This document shows, piece by piece, positions 29,204 to 39,531 of a stretch of 64,000 nucleotides of DNA. The notes under the pieces are model-generated. The model worked only from the letters and a program-made list of their open reading frames with translations, was not told where the DNA came from and did no database searches. The stretch lies in contig JAGBLF010000024.1 of the NCBI GenBank assembly GCA_017635595.1, positions 4,441 through 68,440 on the forward strand, written 5' to 3'. Numbering within the stretch: the stretch's first letter is position 1; each line of letters starts with the position of its first letter. This stretch comes from Alphaproteobacteria bacterium (GTDB lineage: Bacteria; Pseudomonadota; Alphaproteobacteria; RF32; CAG-239). The position numbers and the translations under genes are program-made.

Positions 29204-29989
29204 TTATACCGCCACTTTGGCTTTTATTGTATCATAACTCTGATAATTTACCAACTCAAAGTCTTCATACACAAAATCATTAATATCCTTAACATTCGGA
29301 TTAATTTTCATCTGCGGCAACGGATACGGCGTATGCGAAAGCTGTTCCCTTACCTGCTCGAAGTGATTATGATAAATATGCGTATCCCCCAAAGTATGAA
29401 CAAACTCACCCGGTTCATAACCGCAAACTTGAGCGATCATCATTGTTAAAAGCGCGTATGAAGCAATATTAAACGGCACGCCTAAAAACATATCACAGCT
29501 GCGTTGATACAGCATACAACTTAATTTATTGTTTGCCACATAAAACTGGAACATCATATGGCACGGCGGCAAATGCATCTCGGCAATTTTACCGACATTC
29601 CACGCCGATACAATCATCCGACGATCATTCGGATTCTTTTTCAAGGTTTCTATAACCTGAGCGATTTGGTCAATTCCCTCGCCGTTCCAATTACGCCATT
29701 GCGAACCGTAAACCGGTCCTAATTCGCCGTTTTCGTCGGCCCATTCGTTCCAAATACGCACTCCGTGATCTTGCAGGTATTTAACGTTGGTATCACCTTT
29801 TAAAAACCACAGCAGTTCATAAATAATACTTTTAAGATGCACTTTTTTCGTGGTAACCAGCGGAAAACCTTTGCTCAAATCAAAACGCATCTGGCGACCG
29901 AAAACCGAACGTGTTCCCGTACCGGTTCGGTCCATTTTATCGACACCGTTCTCCATAATATCTTTCAGTAAATCCAAGTACTGTTGCAT
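29204..29989 (-). CDS. thyA: Thymidylate synthase
   Basis: [38 protein letters not shown]. Confidence 0.98.
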   Translation of the reverse strand: MQQYLDLLKDIMENGVDKMDRTGTGTRSVFGRQMRFDLSKGFPLVTTKKVHLKSIIYELLWFLKGDTNVKYLQDHGVRIWNEWADENGELGPVYGSQWRNWNGEGIDQIAQVIETLKKNPNDRRMIVSAWNVGKIAEMHLPPCHMMFQFYVANNKLSCMLYQRSCDMFLGVPFNIASYALLTMMIAQVCGYEPGEFVHTLGDTHIYHNHFEQVREQLSHTPYPLPQMKINPNVKDINDFVYEDFELVNYQSYDTIKAKVAV

Positions 29990-29992
29990 TGT

Positions 29993-30565
29993 TTACTTTC
30001 CTTCCGTTTCTAAATAGTTCAGAATCTTTTTAACCAGCGATTGTTCAACAAAATCGCCTTTTTTCAGCCACACGGTAGTGGTTATGTTATCTAAATCGAA
30101 TTTTGCCGGCAGTTGCATATAGTTTTGCTGCATAATATCAACGCTTTTATGCACCGATATCGGCTGTCCTTCCAAATCGGGATTAAGTGTGCCGTGATAC
30201 AAGCAGTCGACAACAATATCCGGACGCATATCCGGTGTTGAAAAAAACAACTCATAAATCGACGCACCGCCGGAAATATACAAATCTTCAGGATAATCTT
30301 TGAGCTGCCGAATATCATTGACGACGAAATGATTTTCTTTATCCGAAACCTCATAATTTTTATCAAAAGTTACGACTGCAAATTTGCGATTAGGCAATGT
30401 TCGTCCCGGAAAACTCTCATAAGTTTTTTGACCGACAACAAGTGTTTGTCCGAGTGTTAAATTGCGAAAACGTATGGTATCCGATTTAATCTGCCACGGA
30501 ATGGTCGGGCCGATACCGATGATATCATCGCCTTCGTGACGGCACCAAATAGCAACTTTTGTCAT
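29993..30565 (-). CDS. folA: Dihydrofolate reductase
   Basis: IG...IPW.IKSD..RF...T, VVGQKTYES, LPNR, ISGGASIYE; operonic with thyA. Confidence 0.88.
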   Translation of the reverse strand: MTKVAIWCRHEGDDIIGIGPTIPWQIKSDTIRFRNLTLGQTLVVGQKTYESFPGRTLPNRKFAVVTFDKNYEVSDKENHFVVNDIRQLKDYPEDLYISGGASIYELFFSTPDMRPDIVVDCLYHGTLNPDLEGQPISVHKSVDIMQQNYMQLPAKFDLDNITTTVWLKKGDFVEQSLVKKILNYLETEGK

Positions 30566-30657
30566 TTTATCCTCACCATAAAAAATCTCCGATGCTATCA
30601 GTATATGATAACCGCGGAGATTTGAAAGTATAATTGAAAGTTAACTAACAGATTTTA

Positions 30658-30822
30658 TTATTCGGATTTCTCGCCTGCCTTATGAGCAGTGACCTTCTCG
30701 GATAATTCACTCTCCTCATAGTTGCGATCCATATTTTCCGGATACGAGCAGCCGCAGTTATCATCATCCGAACAATCACATTTGTTTTGATAGTTATAAG
30801 TCCAGTGTTTGGTTATTTTCAT
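30658..30822 (-). CDS. Small 54-aa Cys/acidic protein (not in the ORF track)
   Basis: MKITKHWTYNYQNKCDCSDDDNCGCSYPENMDRNYEESELSEKVTAHKAGEKSE; purine-rich SD upstream. Confidence 0.55.
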   Translation of the reverse strand: MKITKHWTYNYQNKCDCSDDDNCGCSYPENMDRNYEESELSEKVTAHKAGEKSE

Positions 30823-30923
30823 TTTGGATCCCCTTTCCTAAGCAAAAATAATACATAAAAAATTTTTTTAAAGATTATAAAACACTAAGAGCGGCAATCC
30901 GGTTAAGGATTACCGCTCTTATC

Positions 30924-31421
30924 TTAAAAGTCTTCCGTGTCAGGGTAAAACCTTTCAACACAGAGTTTGTTGTTCACTTCGCTTAAGGCATAAACCTTAT
31001 TGTTATAGCAAATATTGCTGCCGACGGGTACAAACTTGATTGTTTGCACGTTGTACCAATTGACACCATTATCCTCGGTAAACACCTGCTGTTGGCAATC
31101 TTTGATGATTTGCCCCAGAGACTTTTTAGAGCGCAAATGGCAAAACATGCCACCATTCAGGTAAATCTTGAACACGTTATACGCGCGGCCTGTGACCGGA
31201 CATTCTTTAATCCAAGAAATTTTGTTTGTGTCCTTAAAAAGCTCCGGAGGAAATTCTCGACTGACACCGGTGTTGTACTTTTTCAGCGCTTTCTGAAAGT
31301 CTTTCAGATTAAGCCAACGATAGTGTCTGGTCTTAGAAAAATCGTCCAACAAAACGAGAGCGAACTCTTTACTGCTGCTCTTGAACCCCGTCCAAGATAA
31401 CAGCCAACTTAATAGATTCAT
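30924..31421 (-). CDS. Hypothetical protein
   Basis: 165-aa ORF with its own TTGACA-17-TAAAAT promoter and a downstream hairpin. Confidence 0.65.
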   Translation of the reverse strand: MNLLSWLLSWTGFKSSSKEFALVLLDDFSKTRHYRWLNLKDFQKALKKYNTGVSREFPPELFKDTNKISWIKECPVTGRAYNVFKIYLNGGMFCHLRSKKSLGQIIKDCQQQVFTEDNGVNWYNVQTIKFVPVGSNICYNNKVYALSEVNNKLCVERFYPDTEDF

Positions 31422-31527
31422 ATATGTAGATAATTAATTTTGTAGCTTGATTTTACATAGTTTTTATTTTTTTGTCAAATAAAAAATGCACTCCCCGCTA
31501 AAGGAGTGCACTTTTATAAGAGATAAT

Positions 31528-32223
31528 TTAGAGTGGCCAATTCACATTGATAACACCGATTTCGCCGGTTACATTGAGCTTTTTAAGTTCTCGCTCAAGT
31601 TCCTTTGACGATGTATCATAGCGTACGCCCTCCGAAACGCCGTCTTTGTCATACATAACATAGCCGTCTTTATCATAAGTGACAACAGCCGACATTGAAC
31701 CGTTTTTGACAATAAACAGCTTATCAAACTTTCTTGGTGCCAAGCCATGATGTTGCGTCGTTACCGCACCCCACTTACCAGCTGAATTCAAGAAGATGAC
31801 ATCGTCAGTAATCTTAATGTCCGTAAACGGTCCGGTTACAGAAGTTTTTCCAACTTCCCAAAGATGGATACCGCCTTTCGAATAGATGAAAGCATATTCC
31901 GGTACATCGGAATGCTTGATTGAATCAATCACAATGCCCTCTATGATAGGATATCCGCCTACCAATATCGTCGCTTCTCCAGCCGGCCCCGTCGTCGCAA
32001 TGACAGCATCATTGTACTCCGAATTCTCCTCGATTTTTGTAAATTTCGGTAAAAGAACGACTTGTCCGATACTGTCTTTCAACCCCAACAGACCATTTTG
32101 TTCAAACAGCGTGTAGGCACCGACCTTCATCTCACTCTTCTTGTCATCACAAGAACTCAACACACCTGCGGCCGCAATCATCAACACAGCGGTCAGCAAA
32201 CAGAAAAATACATTCTTCTTCAT
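31528..32223 (-). CDS. Lipoprotein with WG-repeat-like segments
   Basis: MKKN...LSSC lipobox; NGLLGLKDSIGQVVLLPKF and GKWGAV segments. Confidence 0.6.
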   Translation of the reverse strand: MKKNVFFCLLTAVLMIAAAGVLSSCDDKKSEMKVGAYTLFEQNGLLGLKDSIGQVVLLPKFTKIEENSEYNDAVIATTGPAGEATILVGGYPIIEGIVIDSIKHSDVPEYAFIYSKGGIHLWEVGKTSVTGPFTDIKITDDVIFLNSAGKWGAVTTQHHGLAPRKFDKLFIVKNGSMSAVVTYDKDGYVMYDKDGVSEGVRYDTSSKELERELKKLNVTGEIGVINVNWPL

Positions 32224-32393
32224 TTTTTCAAGGATTTTAATGAAACATAGATACCACAATAGTAGTATAAATTATTGATTATGCAGAACTGAAATTAACG
32301 CATCTTTTTAATTTTGTCAATCAAAAACGGTTTAACCTTCTTAAAACGACACAAAAAAAAAGAAGTTTCAATCTGAAACTTCTTTTTTAATTT

Positions 32394-32867
32394 TTATTGC
32401 CATTTGACTTCTAAAATCTCGTATGATTTTTTACCGTTAGGTGCGGCATACTCAGCTGTTTCGCCGATTTCTTTACCGATTAAAGCTTTAGCTAACGGCG
32501 ATGATAACGAAATCTTATTTTTTTCGATATCGGCTTCATAATCGCCGACAATTTGATATTCGCTTTCTTCATCGGTATCGGTGTTGGCCACTAAAACGGT
32601 TGCCCCGAATCGAACAATATCGCCACTCATTGTTGTCGGATCGATAACTTGGGCTCGACTGATAACGGCTTCCAGTTCTTGAATACGTCCTTCATTAAAA
32701 GCCTGTTTTTCTTTAGCGGCAGAATATTCGGCATTTTCCGATAAATCGCCTTTTGCACGTGCTTCGGCAATTTCGGCAATAATATTCGGGCGCTCTTCAC
32801 CTTTACGTCTTTTCAATTCTTGTTCCAACTGCTCATAACCGAACTTTGTCAGCGGAAATTTATCCAT
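32394..32867 (-). CDS. greA: Transcription elongation factor GreA
   Basis: ARAKGDLSENAEY, VRFGATV, ISLSSPLAKALIGK; SD ggagg before ATG 32867. Confidence 0.97.
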   Translation of the reverse strand: MDKFPLTKFGYEQLEQELKRRKGEERPNIIAEIAEARAKGDLSENAEYSAAKEKQAFNEGRIQELEAVISRAQVIDPTTMSGDIVRFGATVLVANTDTDEESEYQIVGDYEADIEKNKISLSSPLAKALIGKEIGETAEYAAPNGKKSYEILEVKWQ

Positions 32868-33064
32868 TTTTTCCTCCCTTATTAACAAATAAAAAACCCC
32901 TATAAAAATATATAGGATGTTTCACAAAGTTAGAAAAATCCGACTGTAAAATATCACTATTTTACAGCCGTCTTTCTATGTATCATTTGTTTGTACTATA
33001 ATACGAATAAATTTTAAATCAAGTAATTTTACAAACTTTATTCACTTTATCCTTATCGATTAGT

Positions 33065-33556
33065 TCAGTATTTTTTCTTATTCGGGTTTATACCGCCGTG
33101 TGATATTTTTGTACTGCCGCCCGATTTTGTTTCCAGAGCTTTCGGCTTATACTTCTTCGGAGCTTTCGGTTTATACTTTTTCGGCCCGGCTTTCATAACC
33201 GAGTGTTTCGGTTTATACTTTTTCGGCCCGGCTTTCATAACCGAGTGTTTAGGCTCATACTTTTTCGGCCCGGCTTTCATAACCGAGTGTTTCGGCTCGT
33301 ACTTTTTCGGTCCGGCTTTTAAAACCGAGTGTTTCGGCTCATACTTTTTCGGGGCTTTTGCAGGCTTGATATCATGCTTAGCCGGCTTCGGTTTCTTTAC
33401 TTTATGCGTTTCTTTGCGGTAGAAATGCGAATCGTAATGATAAACGTGATTGGTGCGGCTCTGACGGGCATAATAGTTCGGATGTACGCCGGTATCAACA
33501 TAATAACAGCCGCTTAAGCACATTATTGCAATAAATGCTGCCAAAAATTTTTTCAT
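33065..33556 (-). CDS. Lys/Pro-rich repeat lipoprotein
   Basis: Lipobox LSGC; four PKHSV(M/L)KAGPKKY(E/K) repeats. Confidence 0.75.
   Translation of the reverse strand: MKKFLAAFIAIMCLSGCYYVDTGVHPNYYARQSRTNHVYHYDSHFYRKETHKVKKPKPAKHDIKPAKAPKKYEPKHSVLKAGPKKYEPKHSVMKAGPKKYEPKHSVMKAGPKKYKPKHSVMKAGPKKYKPKAPKKYKPKALETKSGGSTKISHGGINPNKKKY
33166..33353 (-). repeat. 42-bp coding tandem repeat, about 4.5 copies
   Basis: Unit tcggtttatactttttcggcccggctttcataaccgagtgtt with few substitutions. Confidence 0.92.
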
Positions 33557-33575
33557 AGTTTTTCATCCTTATATA

Positions 33576-33944
33576 TCAGTGTTTGCCGTGATGATGGCCG
33601 CCGGAATGTCCGTGCGGTCCGCTATGGCGAGGCGGGTTATGGTGCGGTGCATAACGATGAGGCGGTGTACGATAATGCCGCGGGTAATGGTGCGGGCGGT
33701 GATATAAAGGCACCGGTATAAAAGGACTGTCATAATAAATAATATCCGGACCACTGTCAACATACACAACCGAAGGGTGCGTTTCGTAATAAACCGTTGC
33801 CGGCTGTTGAACCGAATATGTTGACGCACTGCCGGTCGTATAATATGTCGGTGCTGGTTGCGTGTAGTATACTTCCTCCGTAGGTACGGTATAATAACAA
33901 CCGCCGAGCATCGGTATTATCATTAATAAACATATTTTCTTCAT
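33576..33944 (-). CDS. Tyr/Pro/His-rich lipoprotein
   Basis: Lipobox LGGC; Tyr-rich middle; His/Gly/Pro-rich tail; SD aggag. Confidence 0.75.
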   Translation of the reverse strand: MKKICLLMIIPMLGGCYYTVPTEEVYYTQPAPTYYTTGSASTYSVQQPATVYYETHPSVVYVDSGPDIIYYDSPFIPVPLYHRPHHYPRHYRTPPHRYAPHHNPPRHSGPHGHSGGHHHGKH

Positions 33945-34169
33945 TTTACGTCTCCTTACTGTTGTTATTGTGCAACATAATTTTTCTGTTGTAAATATAA
34001 AATATATACATTCAGGTATGTATATTTAATTTTATCCGTTTTTTATAAAAATTATGCTTGACATTTAGTGCATATTATGTAAAAAAGTCTTCGTATTTGC
34101 TTTTGTTGTCTCTGTTATATTTTGGTAAAACTCCGCAACAGTTCAAGATATAATGAGTATGTAGATACT

Positions 34170-34209
34170 GGAGAGGTGGCAGAGTGGTTTAATTAGAGCG
34201 GTCTTGGAA
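34170..34209 (+). pseudogene. Degenerate duplicate of the 5' half of tRNA-Ser(TGA)
   Basis: ggagaggtggcagagtggtttaat identical to the start of the tRNA at 34332, then agcggtcttg. Confidence 0.75.
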
Positions 34210-34331
34210 TCGTAGCGTAGCGCAGATGGCGAACGAGAAAATTCCTTGAATTTGCGAGTTGAGCCTAAATCGTCGATAAAACGATAGTTTTATTCGGTTT
34301 TCTCACCGGTCTTTACGTTGAAAAAAGCGAT

Positions 34332-34421
34332 GGAGAGGTGGCAGAGTGGTTTAATGCAGCGGTCTTGAAAACCGTCGTGGGAGCGATCCCACCCAGAGTT
34401 CGAATCTCTGCCTCTCCGCCA
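34332..34421 (+). tRNA. tRNA-Ser(TGA)
   Basis: GGAGAGG acceptor, CT-TGA-AA loop, long variable arm, GTTCGAATC, ends GCCA. Confidence 0.97.
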
Positions 34422-34663
34422 ATTGTTGTTAAAAAGTGCCTTTTAAGGCACTTTTTTTGTATTCGAACTCTGGGGAAAAGAGTTCGACGCCGAATGAGAG
34501 GCGAACGAAGTGCGCCGGTAAGCGACAGCGAACGAATGAGAAGGAGGAGCCTTTTGTTGCTTTGAAAACCTACCTAAAATCAACCAAAAGAATAAGAAAA
34601 AAGCTTTCTTATTCTTTTGATACTTTTATTTTCTGATTTCAGAGTATTATCTCTTATCGCAAA

Positions 34664-36298
34664 TTATTGAAGTGCCGTTGTATTATTTTTTTCTATCTGC
34701 GTAATCTCACCGTTATCATCTATCCGATACTTAATGTAATCATACGGAAAATCAATATTATTTCCATGTATGTAAAATACATTATCCTCCTCATTCGGAT
34801 TAATAATATTAAAGCCAAAATCGCCGGCAATAATTTTGCCTATTTGAATATATGATAAGACAGAAGGTAAATCCTCACTATTTTTCTTTTTCATAAAAAA
34901 AGGAACTTTCGCCTGCTCAATCACTAAATTGTTATGTCCATACATGCCGTCATAATTAAACAGTTCGCCATGATCTGCCGTAATGTATATGCTATGCTTT
35001 TTATCACCATTTAAGTTTTCAAATTCTTCAACCATTTTATTTATTACCATATCGGTATAAAGCAAGGCGTTATCATAGGTATTTTGATAATATTCGAATT
35101 TATCTTTGCTCTCTGCCGCCGGTTTAAATTTTTCGAATTCGTCCTCACGTCCTTTGTAACGATTTTCAAACGGAGAATGAGGAGAACGCATATGCAAAAC
35201 AACAAAATTTTTACCCTTGCTAAAATCAACTTCATGCAACAATTTTGCCAGACCTTCATCATGATATCGGCTGAAAAACAATAAGCGCATATCATTTGTA
35301 ACCACTTTATCCAAATTTTTCATACCATAGCTCATTGTCAAACGAGATTCTTGATTGGAAAAGTAATAGGTTTTAAAGCCTGCTTGTTTTGCCAATCTGA
35401 AAAGATTTGCCGTTTTTGCATTAACTTCATTCATATTTGCGGGCTCACGTACACCGTTGAAAAAGAGCAATGAAGAAGTAGCCGTGGCAATTCCGCCCGA
35501 TATACCGAGCGATATTTTCCAATCGGAATTATTTTTAATTCTTTGTGCCATTAAAGGAAAAGTCTCGCGATTATACCCATATATCTGCAAATGAGGTGCA
35601 TATAAACTTTCGCCGAAAATTAATAATATATTTTCTGTTTCCGATTTTTCGGACGGAGCAACGGTATATGGCTTATATTCAACGCTAAGAGTCTGGTAGC
35701 CATCCGGCAGATAACGAAAGAAAAAATAAGAAAACGTACTTATGCTGTTGCGCAAACTCGGACGAGTTATACTCGGCTGAAAATACCAAATACCCTTTGA
35801 ATGTGAAAGTGCCCTATACGGCTTATGCAATGCCATGTATAATACAACAAGCCATATCCATTTAATCTTAGTCATTTGATATTTTTTGAAAACATATATA
35901 CACAGTCCGTACAGCAATAGCAATAATGGTGTGTTAAACCATGTATGACGTAAATAAGATACATCAAAAATATCTTTTGTTTCTCGGGTTATATTCATTA
36001 AATTACTTGCCTCTAACGGTGTCCCGAAATAAGACAAATAATTTAATTGAATTAATTGCATGAGGAATATGATTATAATAAGCAAAAAAGTAACAAAACT
36101 ACCGGCAAGAGACAGCAAGAATCCAAACAACAAAACCCCGCCAAAAAACAGGCTCTCAAAATATATAGGCAAATCAAAAATCGTTTTAAGAACAAAATCA
36201 GGTAAAAAAACAGCGATGGCAAAAATTATTACAAACAAAAAATTATAACCTATCTTTTCTATATTTTGCGGTCTGAGATAGTTTGCAATATTGATCAT
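34664..36298 (-). CDS. Phosphoethanolamine transferase / sulfatase-like membrane enzyme (EptA-like)
   Basis: 5 N-terminal TMs; IFGES, catalytic Thr (ATATS), SNQE, LHMRSPH, YDNALLYTD, ADHGE. Confidence 0.87.
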   Translation of the reverse strand: MINIANYLRPQNIEKIGYNFLFVIIFAIAVFLPDFVLKTIFDLPIYFESLFFGGVLLFGFLLSLAGSFVTFLLIIIIFLMQLIQLNYLSYFGTPLEASNLMNITRETKDIFDVSYLRHTWFNTPLLLLLYGLCIYVFKKYQMTKIKWIWLVVLYMALHKPYRALSHSKGIWYFQPSITRPSLRNSISTFSYFFFRYLPDGYQTLSVEYKPYTVAPSEKSETENILLIFGESLYAPHLQIYGYNRETFPLMAQRIKNNSDWKISLGISGGIATATSSLLFFNGVREPANMNEVNAKTANLFRLAKQAGFKTYYFSNQESRLTMSYGMKNLDKVVTNDMRLLFFSRYHDEGLAKLLHEVDFSKGKNFVVLHMRSPHSPFENRYKGREDEFEKFKPAAESKDKFEYYQNTYDNALLYTDMVINKMVEEFENLNGDKKHSIYITADHGELFNYDGMYGHNNLVIEQAKVPFFMKKKNSEDLPSVLSYIQIGKIIAGDFGFNIINPNEEDNVFYIHGNNIDFPYDYIKYRIDDNGEITQIEKNNTTALQ

Positions 36299-36499
36299 TT
36301 ACGTAGTCTCCTGTCGTATCAAAAAAATCATACATACCAATTTTATGGTACAAACCGATGTTTAAAGCAATCACTTTTTATGTATTCGGGCTTTCTGTGT
36401 AAAATATCAAAATTATCAGTAAAATCAATATATTAAAGAACGCTTTTGCATCTTAGGATATTAAAGCAAAAAAAGCACCCTCCCGGGTGCTTCTTTTAG

Positions 36500-36587
36500 T
36501 GGCGGAGCGTAGAGGACTCGAACCTCTGCACCGTTATTCGCGGTGACGGATTAGCAATCCGCTGTATTACCACTCTACCAACGCTCC
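36500..36587 (-). tRNA. tRNA-Ser(GCT)
   Basis: Reverse complement GGAGCGTTGGTAGAGTGG...TT-GCT-AA...GGTTCGAGTCC...CGCTCCGCCA. Confidence 0.96.
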
Positions 36588-36718
36588 ATAACGCAATCAT
36601 ATTTAACTTATGTTTTCCCTCTCGTCAACTAATTTTTTTAATTTTATGCAATTATTTTTATCCTTATTGAAAATCAATATCCCGTAATTATTTCTAATAT
36701 CATCACGGGAGGTATATT

Positions 36719-37033
36719 ATGGAATTATATTTAATCATTTCGTTATTTTTTATCTATTTAATTACAACCGCCTTAATAGAAAGCAATTTAGTCAAACGCA
36801 TTTGGACTACGGCTTTTATTGCCGCATTTATCTGTGCATCGCTCGCCCTTATTTTATTGCGTGTTACTCATCAGGATGTGATGATGCAGGCCGATACTTT
36901 CAACTGGTATTATATGATGTATATTTCCGGTTCGATTACAGCGGTTTTGGGAATCGTTAACTTGTGGATTTATCGTCAGCCGCTGTGGCACTTATTTTTT
37001 TCGGAACAGAGCTCTGAAAATAATAAAGAATAG
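36719..37033 (+). CDS. Small 3-TM membrane protein
   Basis: Hydrophobic 104-aa ORF, SD ggagg. Confidence 0.7.
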   Translation: MELYLIISLFFIYLITTALIESNLVKRIWTTAFIAAFICASLALILLRVTHQDVMMQADTFNWYYMMYISGSITAVLGIVNLWIYRQPLWHLFFSEQSSENNKE

Positions 37034-37090
37034 TTGCAGATTTTGATTTTTGCCTTATGATATCTCTCATCTGTCAAGGAGAGATATCAC

Positions 37091-38659
37091 ATGTATCGTA
37101 TCAATAATTTGCAAGTTCCGCTTGCAGCAACCGTCAGCGACCTGAAAAACATAACTGCTCAAAAGCTGAACGTATCCGCACAACAGTTACACAATTTTAA
37201 AATCGCTAAGAAATCGGTTGATGCACGCAATAAAAACAAGGTTCATTTTGTTTACAGCGTTGATTGCAATGCCGGCAAGATAAACGCCGACGATACGGAT
37301 ATTGAAATTCTGCCGCCGACGGAAAAGCTGACTTTCAAAATTAAAAACACCGGTTTGCGTCCGGTTGTTATCGGCAGCGGTCCGGCAGGAATGTTTGCCG
37401 GTATTGCCCTCGCCGAAGCCGGCTTAAAACCGATTATTATCGAACGAGGTTCGGAAGTTGATACTCGCCAGCGTGAAGTCGATACATTTTGGAAGCTCGG
37501 CAAACTTAATCCCGAATCGAATGTACAATTCGGTGAAGGCGGCGCCGGCACATTTTCCGACGGCAAACTCATGAGCGGCATCAAAAAAGATAAATTCACC
37601 GCCAAAGTCATGCAAGAATTATATGCCGCCGGTGCCCCGCAGGAAATCTTGTATCTGGCCAAGCCGCATATCGGGACCGATAATCTGCGTATCGTCGTTC
37701 GTAATATTCGCAAAAAAATCACGGAACTGGGCGGTGAATATCGCTTCAACTCCAAACTTATTGATTTAACAATTACCGATAACTGCTTGAAAGCACTAAA
37801 AATTCAACATAACAAGGAAGTTTATGAATTGCCGGCCGACCGCGTATTTTTGGCTATCGGTCACAGCGCCCGCGATACGTTTGAAATGCTTTACAAATCA
37901 GGCGTTTATATGCAGCAAAAACCATTTTCCGTCGGGGCGCGCATTGAACATGCACAAAGTCTGATAAATCGGGCGCAATACGGTAAATTTGCCGACAGCC
38001 CTTATCTTGGTGCCGCCGATTACAAATTAGCCGTACATTTGCCGAACGGCCGCTCGGTCTATACTTTTTGTATGTGCCCGGGCGGATCTGTTGTCGCCGC
38101 GGCTTCGGAAATTGGCCGCGTTGTCACGAATGGTATGAGCGAATTTGCCCGCAATAAACAAAATGCCAATGCCGCCCTGCTCGTCGGTGTTGACAGCCGC
38201 GATTTCGGCTCGGATACCCCATTGGCCGGTATGTATTTTCAACGTAAACTTGAAGAAGCCGCTTTTATGTTCGGCGGCGAAAACTATCGGGCGCCGGCAC
38301 AACTTGTCGGTGATTTTTTAAGACAAAAGAAAAGCCAAAATATAGGCACTGTTACACCTTCATATCAACCGGGCGTGCAACTGACCGATTTATCTCAAAT
38401 TCTGCCGGCAGATATTTCTGATGCAATGCGTGCCGGTATTATCGAAATGGCGAAAAAACTGCGCGGTTATGACAGCTATGATGCCGTTTTGACAGGTGTT
38501 GAAACCCGCAGTTCTTCTCCGGTTCGAATTGTCCGCGACGAAACTATGCAGAGCAATATCAAAGGCTTGTATCCGTGCGGCGAAGGTGCCGGATATGCCG
38601 GCGGGATAACTTCCTCGGCAGCCGATGCCTTAAAAGCGGTGCATTCTTTATGTGAGTAA
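37091..38659 (+). CDS. NAD(P)/FAD-dependent oxidoreductase (uncharacterised family)
   Basis: VIGSGPAG, SNVQFGEGGAGTFSDGKL, FCMCPGG, GEGAGYAGGI. Confidence 0.92.
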   Translation: MYRINNLQVPLAATVSDLKNITAQKLNVSAQQLHNFKIAKKSVDARNKNKVHFVYSVDCNAGKINADDTDIEILPPTEKLTFKIKNTGLRPVVIGSGPAGMFAGIALAEAGLKPIIIERGSEVDTRQREVDTFWKLGKLNPESNVQFGEGGAGTFSDGKLMSGIKKDKFTAKVMQELYAAGAPQEILYLAKPHIGTDNLRIVVRNIRKKITELGGEYRFNSKLIDLTITDNCLKALKIQHNKEVYELPADRVFLAIGHSARDTFEMLYKSGVYMQQKPFSVGARIEHAQSLINRAQYGKFADSPYLGAADYKLAVHLPNGRSVYTFCMCPGGSVVAAASEIGRVVTNGMSEFARNKQNANAALLVGVDSRDFGSDTPLAGMYFQRKLEEAAFMFGGENYRAPAQLVGDFLRQKKSQNIGTVTPSYQPGVQLTDLSQILPADISDAMRAGIIEMAKKLRGYDSYDAVLTGVETRSSSPVRIVRDETMQSNIKGLYPCGEGAGYAGGITSSAADALKAVHSLCE

Positions 38660-39134
38660 AAACTATAAATATTCGGAGAAAATTATGATAACCCCAAACA
38701 GATGGCAACATATTCTAGGCGTAGCCCGCAAAGCTAAATTTCTGGCTTCCAAACTGAAACCGAATGATGATAAATTTGCCGAAGACATGTTTGTATTGGG
38801 CATAATGCATGATTTAGGTTATGAATTTGCCGAAAGCAATGCGGCCCATGCGGCTGTCGGCGGCGAGATTCTTAAACGCGCGGGCTATCGGTACTGGTCT
38901 GAAGTCGCCTTGCACGGCGATGAAACGATTGAAAATATGTCGGATGAATTGTTTATCTTAAATTGCGCCGATATGATGACCGGTCCGAGCGGTGAAGATT
39001 TTACTTTTGCCGAACGACTGACGGAAATTGCCCAAAGATTCGGTACTGAGGCCGATGCTTATAAAAAATGCGTTATCGAAACAGACAAACTGAAAGCCGA
39101 TTCCAGATTCCTTAAAATTAATAAATCCCGTTAA
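38652..39134 (+). CDS. HD domain protein
   Basis: RWQHILGVA...MHDLGY...H...H...ADM. Confidence 0.85.
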   Translation: MSKNYKYSEKIMITPNRWQHILGVARKAKFLASKLKPNDDKFAEDMFVLGIMHDLGYEFAESNAAHAAVGGEILKRAGYRYWSEVALHGDETIENMSDELFILNCADMMTGPSGEDFTFAERLTEIAQRFGTEADAYKKCVIETDKLKADSRFLKINKSR

Positions 39135-39167
39135 TTTCTGATGATTAACGGGATAAATAAAATCAGT

Positions 39168-39452
39168 TTAAACAAAGTCAACGGAGGCATGCATGTCACC
39201 GTATTTGTAAGAAACTTTTAGGGACACATCACGCTCCAAAAACTTTTGCGGATTACTTTGTAAATATGGCACATCTTCCGCCGGCAAAGCCCACGAATTA
39301 TAGCCGATATGCCTCTGCGACGCCTGCTTTTGTCGAAGGCCGTCACGCACAATTTCTGTTTTGGTACGGGTCGCCAGCAGAATATTGACTTTATCGCCTT
39401 TTGGCGTACAGCGCACCAATTTTCCTTTGTAGATCGTTACTTCTTTTAGCAT
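39168..39452 (-). CDS. Hypothetical protein
   Basis: ORF with an upstream TTGACA promoter and a downstream hairpin; start taken at MLKEV. Confidence 0.55.
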   Translation of the reverse strand: MLKEVTIYKGKLVRCTPKGDKVNILLATRTKTEIVRDGLRQKQASQRHIGYNSWALPAEDVPYLQSNPQKFLERDVSLKVSYKYGDMHASVDFV

Positions 39453-39531
39453 AATTATTATATAAATTAGAGATAAGTTGAGCAAAAGCTAGCACGTCAT
39501 ATTCAAATTGTCAATATCTATCCATTTTAAA

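Noticed and set aside
34170-34421. Intron-containing or split tRNA
   Set aside because: The downstream tRNA is complete by itself and no separate 3' half exists for the upstream fragment.
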